Assembly: GCA_963664815.2 (NCBI GenBank)
Contig: CAXXHB010000003.1
Location: forward strand, 3,136,001-3,200,000
Source of the DNA: Spirochaetota bacterium
GTDB taxonomy: Bacteria; Spirochaetota; UBA4802; UBA5550
DNA length: 64,000 nucleotides
Direction of reading: 5' to 3'
Both the position numbers and the translations under genes were made by a program. Shown here piece after piece: positions 53,376-62,365 of this stretch. The number at the start of each line of letters is the position of its first letter. The stretch's first letter is position 1. The notes beneath the pieces were generated by a model, which saw nothing but the letters and a program-made list of their open reading frames with translations, was not told where the DNA came from and ran no database searches.

Positions 53376-53915
53376 ATGGCTGATAAACCAATAAAGACAT
53401 TCAGAGAAGACTGGTTTAGACGTTTTCAAAAGCATCTGTTTATTATAGTATTTATACCTGGAGGTTTATTTGTACAAAAATCACTAATCGGTCAAATTCA
53501 ATTTGAATATAATAGATCAGATTATTTCAGTATCATCTTCTGGAGTATACTTTTTCTGGGAATGTTTTGGCTTGAATATATATCTATTATCTATATGCAA
53601 ACAATAAAAACTGCAGCGGCAACAGTAGATGTATATGAGGATAGAATTGTAGGGCATGCACAGTATAAAAAAAACATATGGGTATTGAAATATGTTGATA
53701 TTAAAAAAATATATCCAAAACCTGGAGCTGTAAGACCTTATTTTGTCTTTGAAGATAAAAATGGAGACAAGTATAACATATCCATATTAATGGATTATCT
53801 CAAGGAATGCATGGAGTATATACAATATCAATCAGTCAATCTTGAAGTATACAAACTGGGGACTGTGCCTAAAAATGATATTGAATGGAAAAAATCAGAT
53901 GATCCAATTATATAG
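53376..53915 (+). CDS. Two-TM hypothetical protein, possible orphan immunity protein
   Basis: Intact ORF with GGAG SD, directly before an Rhs core remnant. Confidence 0.55.
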   Translation: MADKPIKTFREDWFRRFQKHLFIIVFIPGGLFVQKSLIGQIQFEYNRSDYFSIIFWSILFLGMFWLEYISIIYMQTIKTAAATVDVYEDRIVGHAQYKKNIWVLKYVDIKKIYPKPGAVRPYFVFEDKNGDKYNISILMDYLKECMEYIQYQSVNLEVYKLGTVPKNDIEWKKSDDPII

Positions 53916-55422
53916 CCCTACCACACCATAGACCATTCTGGACAAACCGGTTCCTTAAATGGAACCGTAGTATTCCGGTACATCCGGTTTATTCTCTTAT
54001 ACTTGAAAGAGTAATAAATAAACTGGAGCAATATTTTTAAAATAAAGCAATAGTTCCTTGAAAGCAGAAAATATTCATGACAGAACCGCGTCATGGAGGC
54101 GGAGGGTTTAGCCCGCAGTGCCGGAGCGATAACGGAGCCCGGAGCATCACGACTATAATCAACCGCACAGCTATCCATATAATGTATGACAAAAGGAGGA
54201 TTGCAGCGGTGCATAACTGGTCAGTGGATACAGGGAACCGGGAAGTTAATTCTTCGGCTGATCTGAAAACCAACAAAATAAGGTATCAGTACGGGAATCA
54301 CCTGGATAGCGCTTTACTGGAACTTGATAATTTGGGAAACATCATCAGTTACGAGGAGTATTTTCCTCATGGTGATACAAGCTTTATGGCTGGTAGTAAC
54401 CAGAAGGAAGTTAAGCTCAAAGAGTACAGATAAACAGGGAAAGAAAAGTATGATGCTACGGGATTGTACTACTTCAGGGCTCGGTATTATGCTTCATGGG
54501 TTGCTAGATGGCTATCTGCCGACCCACTGTTCAGGGAGAACCCAGCAGTTTATGAGGGACCAAAACCTAAAGATAAGGATGAGGCGAAGAAGCAGGAAGA
54601 GGATTACAGGCAGAAACTTTATTCTGAGGGATTGAACCTGTATGGGTATGTGAAGGGGAATCCGGTGAGGTTTAGTGATAAAGTGGGTAATCCTGCTTCT
54701 GCAGCTACTTTATCCGAAACTTTAGTAGAGTATGGAGCAGCTGCAGCAGAGGGTACAAAAAGTGCTGCGGAATATAATCCAGTATTATTAGCTTTAGCAA
54801 TAATATGTACACCATGGAATAATACAGACTATCCTGATATAGGAGGAATATGGAATGAACCATGGATAACTAATGAAGCTGAAGAAAAAATAGAAAGAGC
54901 AATCGTAATACAGGGATTAATTAGTGAATATGCAAAAGTAGAATATGAAAAAGAATTAAATGTATCAGTATATAATGCGCCACCAGCCAAAAAAGGTGCG
55001 TTTGAAGGTTTTTTAAAACAATTATTAAACATGGAGCAAGTATAATAGATTTAGGAATATCAGACCCTAAAAATAGATTTGGACAAGCTTTCTATGTCTC
55101 TGAAGATGAATATACAGCAAGATTGGAAACTGATAACTGGGTAACACCTGTTTTTAGGTTTACAATGAAAAATGCAAGGATATTGGATTTAACTGATCCA
55201 AAAACAGCTGAAATGTTTGGATATAAGGATGGAATGGAGCGCGAAGATGTTTTATCATTGTTAAAAGATAAAAATTTTACGGATATAACTCAAATTGATG
55301 CTATAAAGTATAAAAGTGTGAAAACTGGACGGATCAATTATGCTATAAAAAATCCAGCTATATTGGAATTTAAAGGTATAACAATGGGTGGTATAGATAT
55401 AAAAAATTGGATTAGACCATAA
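53916..55422 (+). pseudogene. Orphan Rhs/TcC-type core remnant with RES-like toxin tip
   Basis: RYQYGNHLDS.LLELD, SYEEYFP.G, YYFRARYY, GLNLYGYVKGNP; tip NRFGQAFYVSE..TARLE..ILDLTD..DAIKYKS; in-frame stop and frameshift. Confidence 0.8.
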
Positions 55423-55434
55423 AAGGAGGATAAA

Positions 55435-55872
55435 ATGTCAGGTGGGGATTTTGGAGTTGATATATACGTATTGGAATGTAGTAATTGCAAAACAAGATTT
55501 GAGAATGAATTTTCTAATAGTGACATGGCAACAAATTTTATTTTATTTTTAAAATGTATGACAGATGGAAAATTGTATTGTGTTGATACTATGTCAGATA
55601 ATGTTTTTAAAAAAATATATAATGAAATAAAAATGAAGTCTACTGAAGAAGTTATATTGGAAAGTAGAGCTTTTAAAGAAAAATTTGAAAGCATATGCAA
55701 ACCATGTAGCTGTGGAGGTAATTATATTTTTGATTATGCCTATGTCTGTCCAAAGTGTGGTAATGCAAGCAAACAAAACTTTGTATTAATAAATAAATAT
55801 TCATCTAGTATATATGTCCAGGATGTACAATACCAGGATGAATATAATATACCTGATGATATTGAGGATTAG
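55435..55872 (+). CDS. Cys-rich putative immunity protein
   Basis: AGGAGG SD, 12 nt after the toxin stop; CxxC, CxC, CPxC motifs. Confidence 0.65.
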   Translation: MSGGDFGVDIYVLECSNCKTRFENEFSNSDMATNFILFLKCMTDGKLYCVDTMSDNVFKKIYNEIKMKSTEEVILESRAFKEKFESICKPCSCGGNYIFDYAYVCPKCGNASKQNFVLINKYSSSIYVQDVQYQDEYNIPDDIED

Positions 55873-55888
55873 GACTGCCACTGCCACA

Positions 55889-57237
55889 ATGCCACACCCT
55901 AGACCATTCTGGACAAACCGGTTCCTTAAATGGAACCGCATATTCCGGGTACATCCGGTTTATGCTCTGACACCTCATCTCTGGAAGGAATGGAATGAGG
56001 CGCTGACACTGAAAGTGAGGTGAACTGGAACTACAGGGATAACATAAGCTCTGCTGTTCTTTTAAAACGAGATAGCAACATAAACGACGCAGAGTACTAC
56101 GTGTATGACGCGGCAGGTCAGCGCATCAGGAAAGTACGGGAGACGCTCACCAACAGCAACAATAACAGTGTTGAAATTGAAGAGAAGATATATTTAAGTG
56201 CTGTTGAAATAAAGAAGATACGCACTGTTCAGGGGAATAACAGCACTGATATATTGAACAGGTCAACTCTCCATGTTATGGATGACAAGAGGAGAATTGC
56301 GACTGTCCATAACTGGTCACAGGATAGCAATAACCGTGAGGTGAATTCATCCAGCGATCTCAACACAAACAGGATAAGATACCAGTATGGAAATCATCTT
56401 GATTCAGCTTCGCTGGAACTGGACAGTATAGGGCAGATCATCTCCTATGAGGAATATGACGCCACAGGATGTGGCTAATGCAAAGCGCGACAGGATGTCA
56501 AAAAAGCGCTTTGCCTTTCCGTATGGCGACACTTCTTTCATAGCAGGCACTAACCAGAAAGAGGTGAAACTCAAGGAGTACAGGTACACAGTGAAGGAGA
56601 AGGACGATGCCACAGGATTATACTATTACGGGGCACGCTACTACGCTTCATGGCTTGCTAGATGGCTATCTGCCGACCCACTGTTCAGGGAGAACCCAGC
56701 AGTTTATGAGGGACCAAAACCTAAAGATAAGGATGAGGCGAAGAAGCAGGAAGAGGATTACAGGCAGAAACTTTATTCTGAGGGATTGAACCTGTATGGG
56801 TATGTGAAGGGGAATCCGGTAAACCATAATGATCCGACGGGTATGGAAGAAAAGTATAATCCAAGTTGTCATCAAAGTTATATCCCTAGTGTCGGAGAAG
56901 CTGTAGAGTCACGACTTAAAAGAGAAAACAATGAGACAGTCAAAGCAGTAAAAAACTTTTCTTTTTGAAAGTAAGATTAATGCATTATCATCTGATAATC
57001 CACTACCGCTACCAATGCCAAAGGTATTAATAGGAAATGATTATTACTATTTATTGCGTTATATTGACGCTGAAAATAGAGGGTTAAATCCACCGGATTA
57101 TTATCTTGATTATGGTAATAAATATATGAATAAATTTAAATATGAAACTGGGCCTAGCTTATCAACTAGCGGACAAGAATGTTGCCGTTATACTTTATAC
57201 TATTTACAAGCAAATATGGAAAATATTCTATTATTAA
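55889..57237 (+). pseudogene. Second orphan Rhs core remnant with truncated C-terminal tip
   Basis: YYVYDAAGQRIRK, SYEEY, ATGLYYYGARYY, NPVNHNDPTG; 58-bp insertion; cut by the IS91-like end. Confidence 0.8.
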
Positions 57238-57476
57238 ACAGTCTATCAGATAACTGTAGAAATAATTATTTTACGGGATTATTATTTTTTCCGGTAAAAT
57301 CACCGGATTTTTACTGTATGTTATTTCAAAGATCGGGAGAAAATGGGATTCGAATTCCTATGACTGTTCTGAGTATTTTCAAAGCATGCACTGTCCGATG
57401 TCAGTGATTTCGTCCAACAAAAGTCTTAACATAGCTGCTGTCTGAAGATTGAAATTATCTGTTCAATGTTTTTATA
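57238..57476 (+). repeat. IS91-like element downstream end plus hairpin arm, copy 1
   Basis: Clearly homologous to 63039-63252, which follows the IS91-like transposase fragment. Confidence 0.8.
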
Positions 57477-57538
57477 CCGCTAATAAAGATTAGCGGTTTT
57501 TTTGGGGCAGCTACGTTAAGACTTCTATAAGTTAGATG
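57412..57538 (-). repeat. attC-like hairpin
   Basis: Minus strand CATCTAAC..AAGTCTTAACGTAGCTGC...GCAGCTATGTTAAGACTT..GTTGGAC; fits RYYYAAC/GTTRRRY. Confidence 0.75.
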
Positions 57539-57553
57539 ATGGTTGTGAAACTT

Positions 57554-58531
57554 TTAATAAGAATCAATATGTCTAATTTTATCAATATACCATTTATTTT
57601 CTATTTTTGTTAAATACACATTACATGAGACAAACTCTTTTACTATCTGTTTTTGTGTAAAAGTTTTATCAACATCAATATTAAATCCTTCTTTCGATTT
57701 AGTTTTCAACAGCCAAGCTAATTTTGATGAATTTGTTGGCGAAATTAGCTGAAATAAAATCAAATTATCAAATACATCAACATCATAGTTATGTTCTTTT
57801 AGTTCGTTTTTAAAGGAATCAAATATTTTTATAATATTACTTAAATCTTTGACTTTTTTCTTATAAATTTGATCAATACAATCAAATAATGGAGCATCAG
57901 TTTTATCAGTATAATTTACAAATATTTCTGCAGATGCTGCATCAACTTTGGTTTTACGAATACTTAAATCTACAATTGAATCTGTATAGATATAACCTTC
58001 TTTAAAAGAAGATAAATTATTATTCCATCGTTGTTTTCTAAAATCAGAGCTAAGAAGTTTAAATGCATTCTCATAATTTTTATGTGATAAATGAGTATAA
58101 AAATATTTTACACAAGCATATGCAGAACCATGCTCATCCATTAAGTTCTTAATAAATTTTTTCACTCTATCACGCAGATTGTCTAATGATTCAGGTGTGA
58201 AATCATAAAAAACTTGTCTTAATCCAGTAACATCAAATGGAATTTTATCATCATTATTATATCTTGTAACAATTACATTATTAAAAGACAATGCATGAGC
58301 ATAACCTAATTCATAAAAAACATTGGGATTATTAGAACTAATATCTGCAATAATCATATCAGCGCTTTTTATATTATTTAAAACATCTTCCATAATTTGA
58401 CCGGGTTGTGCAATTTCATCAACTCTTATACATTTAACATCTAATTCATCACATATACTTTTGTATACATTGTTATACACATCTTCATACTTTGAAAATG
58501 GCATAATAACAAAACAATTTTTTTTATCCAT
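57554..58531 (-). CDS. Cassette gene: TIR-like/nucleoside 2-deoxyribosyltransferase-like domain fused to a C-terminal NTF2-like domain
   Basis: CFVIMPF...RVDE...ADIS..NPNVFYELGYAHA; flanked by complementary ends GTTGATATGATAGTTGTGAA / TTCACAACCATCATCTAAC. Confidence 0.75.
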   Translation of the reverse strand: MDKKNCFVIMPFSKYEDVYNNVYKSICDELDVKCIRVDEIAQPGQIMEDVLNNIKSADMIIADISSNNPNVFYELGYAHALSFNNVIVTRYNNDDKIPFDVTGLRQVFYDFTPESLDNLRDRVKKFIKNLMDEHGSAYACVKYFYTHLSHKNYENAFKLLSSDFRKQRWNNNLSSFKEGYIYTDSIVDLSIRKTKVDAASAEIFVNYTDKTDAPLFDCIDQIYKKKVKDLSNIIKIFDSFKNELKEHNYDVDVFDNLILFQLISPTNSSKLAWLLKTKSKEGFNIDVDKTFTQKQIVKEFVSCNVYLTKIENKWYIDKIRHIDSY

Positions 58532-58617
58532 TTAAAACTCCATAATATAAATTATTTTTAAATTCACAACTATCATATCAACGTCTTGGCTATACGACGT
58601 TGCGCGGTCTTTTGCGC

Positions 58618-60451
58618 GTCGAGTGGCGCGAAGGAACTTCCCCTCCGCGCTCTCACGGAACCAGACGTGAATCTCTCAATTCATCCGGCTCTTATTGTTC
58701 AGCCTTTACAGTAAAGAAGACCCCAATGCGTGAAAAGTTTCGGCTCTTTCATTGCTATGCGCTCTATCCAGTGCCTTGCTCTGCGCTTATGACCCCTTAA
58801 CCTTTTATATTTCTTCATTGCCCATTTTGTCAGTATTAAATCAAACAGCCTTAGTGTCGGATACATCGCCGACCGGTAAAAGGCATAGTAATAATTTATC
58901 CATCCTCTGATTCTGGCATTGAACATGCGGGATATCTCCTCAAGTGTCTGGCTGCTCCGAAGATGAACCTTCCACACTTTCATAGTTTCCCTTATATTTT
59001 TCATAGCCTTATCACTGGCGGCAGGACTGAAATTGACAAAGTATTTCCCATGTTTTGTTTTCGACATTCTGGCCTTAAAAGTAAATCCCAGAAAATCAAA
59101 ATTTACTACAGGATATCTCTGCTTTCTCTTGTCATCCCTGCAATAAACAATCTTTGTCTTCTCCGGATGAAGTTCAAGTTTACACTCATTCATCCTTTCT
59201 TCAAGTGCATGCTTCAACTGTATAGCCTGTTCTTCAGTGCTGCAATGACAGATACAGTCGTCTGCGTACCTTTCAAAAGGTATTGACGGATAGTTTCTCA
59301 CCATCCATGCGTCAAATGCGTAATGAAGATAAAGATTCGCAAGCAGCGGGCTTATTACTCCCCCCTGTGGCGTCCCTTTTGTTCTCTCCTCAAGACTGCC
59401 ATCCGGCATTTTCACCGGAGCTTTCAGCCAGCGTTCAATATACAGTATAACCCATCTGCTTTTTGTATGCTTACACACCGCCTTCATCATCAGATCATGA
59501 TCTATTGTATCAAAGAATCCTTTGATATCAAGGTCGATTACCCAGTCATATTTCCAGCAGTGTCTTCGGGCTCTTTCAACTGCATCTTTAGCCGAACGCC
59601 CTGGCCGATAGCCGTATGAATTTTGATGAAATACCTTTTCAAGTTCAGGCTCAAGCATACGCTTGACCACCGTCTGGGCTATCCTGTCAGATACTGCAGG
59701 TATTCCCAGTGATCTTTTCTTCCCGTCACTTTTCGGAATTTCAACACGTAATACCGGCGGAGGCAAATAACTTCCGGATGACATACGGTTCCAGATTTTA
59801 AACAGGTTATTTTTTAAATCTGATTCAAAATCTTTTAGCTTTACTCCGTCTGCTCCGGATGCTCCTCTGTTCGCTTTTACCTGTTTGTAACTATCCCATA
59901 CTTCCTGTCTGGATATTTGAAACGGCTTTGCCTTATCCAATCAATTCCTCCCGTTACCGGTTGATTAATCTCTAAAGCTGAACAATGTGCCCCCTTTGCT
60001 CCATCTCCATTACAGAGACTTCTTCACTACTACGGGACACTCCGCCCCTGTGCTTTGCCTCGGTACTCTCATCCTTGCGGGGCCACCGCTTGAAATTCTC
60101 CCTTATCATCAAAGCGACTTACTTCTCACATTGAACATAAAAGCCAGCTGTAAAGTCACACCATCTTTATGCCGGAAGCCGTCCGGACAGTAAACAGGTC
60201 TCCTCCGGACTTATCCCGGAATCCACATTACACCCCGGTTTTGACTTCAACTGTAGCCTCTTTCGACACCTCAACGATGATTCACTTTCGTTTGTCTCCT
60301 TACAACACACCTGACGTGTTTATCACGCCTTTTCCTTAACGCTCACCACAGTAGCTCTTTACCAATGCAGCTTAAGGTGGTTTGAAGCCTGTACCTGTAT
60401 ACCGGCTCCGAAGGGCCCTCCTTCATCTTTTACACTCCTTCCGTGACACAC
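58618..60451 (-). mobile_element. Full-length group II intron (bacterial class D, RmInt1-like), 1834 bp
   Basis: 5' GTGTG; domain V GAGCCGGATGAATTGAGAGATTCACGTCTGGTTC; domain VI ending ACTCGAC; EBS1 AATGTGG complements IBS1 CCACATT. Confidence 0.92.
58699..59940 (-). CDS. ltrA: Group II intron reverse transcriptase/maturase, no endonuclease domain
   Basis: KPFQI..V..YK.VKANRGA.G.DG, GTPQGGVISPLLANL, YADD, RGWINYY; TTG start with GGAGG SD. Confidence 0.95.
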   Translation of the reverse strand: MDKAKPFQISRQEVWDSYKQVKANRGASGADGVKLKDFESDLKNNLFKIWNRMSSGSYLPPPVLRVEIPKSDGKKRSLGIPAVSDRIAQTVVKRMLEPELEKVFHQNSYGYRPGRSAKDAVERARRHCWKYDWVIDLDIKGFFDTIDHDLMMKAVCKHTKSRWVILYIERWLKAPVKMPDGSLEERTKGTPQGGVISPLLANLYLHYAFDAWMVRNYPSIPFERYADDCICHCSTEEQAIQLKHALEERMNECKLELHPEKTKIVYCRDDKRKQRYPVVNFDFLGFTFKARMSKTKHGKYFVNFSPAASDKAMKNIRETMKVWKVHLRSSQTLEEISRMFNARIRGWINYYYAFYRSAMYPTLRLFDLILTKWAMKKYKRLRGHKRRARHWIERIAMKEPKLFTHWGLLYCKG

Positions 60452-60542
60452 AATGTGGCAAAGCCCAAGTGAGGTACTCTGAACTCTGCGGGTAAGCTTT
60501 GTTGTATGCCGTAAGCGAATTTTGGATTTAATTTATTTTTAT

Positions 60543-61868
60543 TCAAAAAGCAAAAAATTCCGTAATGCATGTATCCTCAAATTTAATCCCAGGGTAAACA
60601 TCTTTTATTGTTATACGAATTTTTGTAATTTCGTAATCGCAATCAAAATCTTCCGGGGCAATAAGAATACTTGTCACATTTATCTCTTTATTGACACCTT
60701 CAAAATCATCTTCGCCCCAATTCAGCAATGCAAAATATTTCGTTTTCAAGTCATCTATGGTTATAGTTTTACTAAATGAAAAAGAGCTTCCATCTGCTCC
60801 TTTCTTGTTACCCTGAATATCACATTGTACTTTTTTAATTCTAGAATTATTTGTAAACAATTTGCTGGATCTCATAAAACCATTCGCAATTGCAATATTT
60901 TTTACACCCTCTTTAAAATCGACTTCAATCCACTCTCCAATCCCATTTCCATCTGCACCTTCCGCCCATGCCGTTTTGAATGTCCCGTCGATAAGATTTT
61001 TAACCGAATAAGGCCCTTTAAGACTGCTCGAAGCGGATATGTTTTTTACTAACAAAGATGTTTTATTTTTCAACACCTGACTGCGGTATTTTTTATAATA
61101 TTTTTCAAGATCATATGCAATTTCAAGATCTCTTAATTTTGAAAAATTTACCTTTTCTATGATTACGCTCTGATTATAATTTTGTTTTTGAAAGCCTTTA
61201 ATCCCATTAATTTTAAAATCAATTTTTTTCATATCTAATACAAAGGTATCTATAACGATTTCTAATTTATCAACAACACCTTTACCCCAGCCAGCTGCAG
61301 GTTTAAAATTATATACGAAAGTTCTTATCCTGTCGCTCCCTTCATCACCGTTATAACTTGATCTTGCTAAATAATTAATTTGAATAATGTTTATCCCTTT
61401 GTTTAGTTTTATCTTTGACAAATACCACTTAATTTCATCATCTTCATCAGATTCAAAAAAATCTTCTCTTTTAATTTTATTTATTTTTTGAGTCAGTGTA
61501 ACATCAGAATTATTTATTGTCATCTTAAAATATTTAATAGAATCATTATCACTATTTTTAAAAGACTGGAAATCTACAAGCCCTACATGCTTGTTATAAA
61601 ATGGAAATCCGAAATCTACAGTTTTATTATCATCTCTACAGTTCAGTTCATATATTAACTGAATATTGACATAATCATCAATAGGTCTGATGAATAGCTT
61701 TTCAGATAAAAGATCAACATTTTCAAATTTTTTTAATTGGACATTACCTGTTGATACAAGTGTTGAACCCTCAATTGGGCCTCCGTTTGATTGAAGTGGA
61801 AATGAGTAGAATATGCTTACTGAAAAAAATAATAAACCAAGAATAGATTCTCTAACTATTTTCATCAC
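60543..61868 (-). CDS. Cassette gene: secreted protein with DUF4424-like N-terminus and discoidin/glycan-binding-like C-terminal domain
   Basis: Signal peptide; SASSSL...NLIDG..KTAWAEG..GNGIGEWI...DTCITE; flanks TAAGCGAATT / AATTCGCTTA are complementary. Confidence 0.7.
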   Translation of the reverse strand: MMKIVRESILGLLFFSVSIFYSFPLQSNGGPIEGSTLVSTGNVQLKKFENVDLLSEKLFIRPIDDYVNIQLIYELNCRDDNKTVDFGFPFYNKHVGLVDFQSFKNSDNDSIKYFKMTINNSDVTLTQKINKIKREDFFESDEDDEIKWYLSKIKLNKGINIIQINYLARSSYNGDEGSDRIRTFVYNFKPAAGWGKGVVDKLEIVIDTFVLDMKKIDFKINGIKGFQKQNYNQSVIIEKVNFSKLRDLEIAYDLEKYYKKYRSQVLKNKTSLLVKNISASSSLKGPYSVKNLIDGTFKTAWAEGADGNGIGEWIEVDFKEGVKNIAIANGFMRSSKLFTNNSRIKKVQCDIQGNKKGADGSSFSFSKTITIDDLKTKYFALLNWGEDDFEGVNKEINVTSILIAPEDFDCDYEITKIRITIKDVYPGIKFEDTCITEFFAF

Positions 61869-61966
61869 AAACCTCTTTGAGTTTTATTATCAAAAATCTG
61901 CTATGAATTAACAGTATTTTGTATAAGAAAATATATAGTTAATAAAAAAAGTTCAATTCGCTTATA

Positions 61967-62365
61967 GTCTGGTAGGTCAGGAAGCTCGCACCTCCTTTCC
62001 CCCATAAGAACCGTACGTGGAAGTTTTTACCACAGGCACTTCCTCCGGTCGCCTTCACACGGCTCAAGCCGTCTAAAGCTGATTTTACAACCAGCCGCTG
62101 TTATCTGTTTGTATTCCCATTTTTCTATAGTAGAAATAATCAGAATCTACTTTTAGAAATGGGTTCCTGTCAAGACTTATCATTCTGTGCCGTACAATTT
62201 TAATGTGTCCCGCAGTAATGAGAATCTCCTCATCAGAGCAGAAAGTTTAAGTACCGGTTTTTAAGCCATAAAGAATTTTTCATCGGGTGTCTGAATCTGC
62301 CCCATATCCATAGAGCCTGAAAAAGAACAGTATCGAGTTTTAAAGGCTACCTTTGACATTCATGA
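61967..62365 (-). mobile_element. 3' remnant of a second, different group II intron
   Basis: Degenerate domain X (WIWGRFRHP...IKIVRHRMISLDRNPFL); domain V GAGCCGTGTGAAGG..CACGTACGGTTC; domain VI ending CCTACCAGAC. Confidence 0.8.

Larger units (their letters stand above)
58574..60509 (-). repeat. attC-like site of about 102 bp, split by the group II intron (58574-58617 plus 60452-60509)
   Basis: Rejoined: GCATACAAC AAAGCT...GCCACATT|GCGCAAAAGACCGCGCAACGTCGTATAGCCAAGAC GTTGATATG. Confidence 0.7.

Noticed and set aside
57015-57407. 130-aa ORF, and the similar 62888-63205 ORF, as real genes
   Set aside because: Chimeric read-through into the repeated non-coding IS91-like end; only the first part of 57015 is a leftover Rhs tip
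53916-57476. Repeats considered as a CRISPR array
   Set aside because: They are long two-copy Rhs core and IS-end homologies, not short regularly spaced repeats
58699-59940. RT considered as a retron, DGR or CRISPR-associated RT
   Set aside because: Complete intron boundaries, domains V/VI, EBS1-IBS1 pairing and domain X identify a group II intron; no TR/VR pair or msr-msd seen
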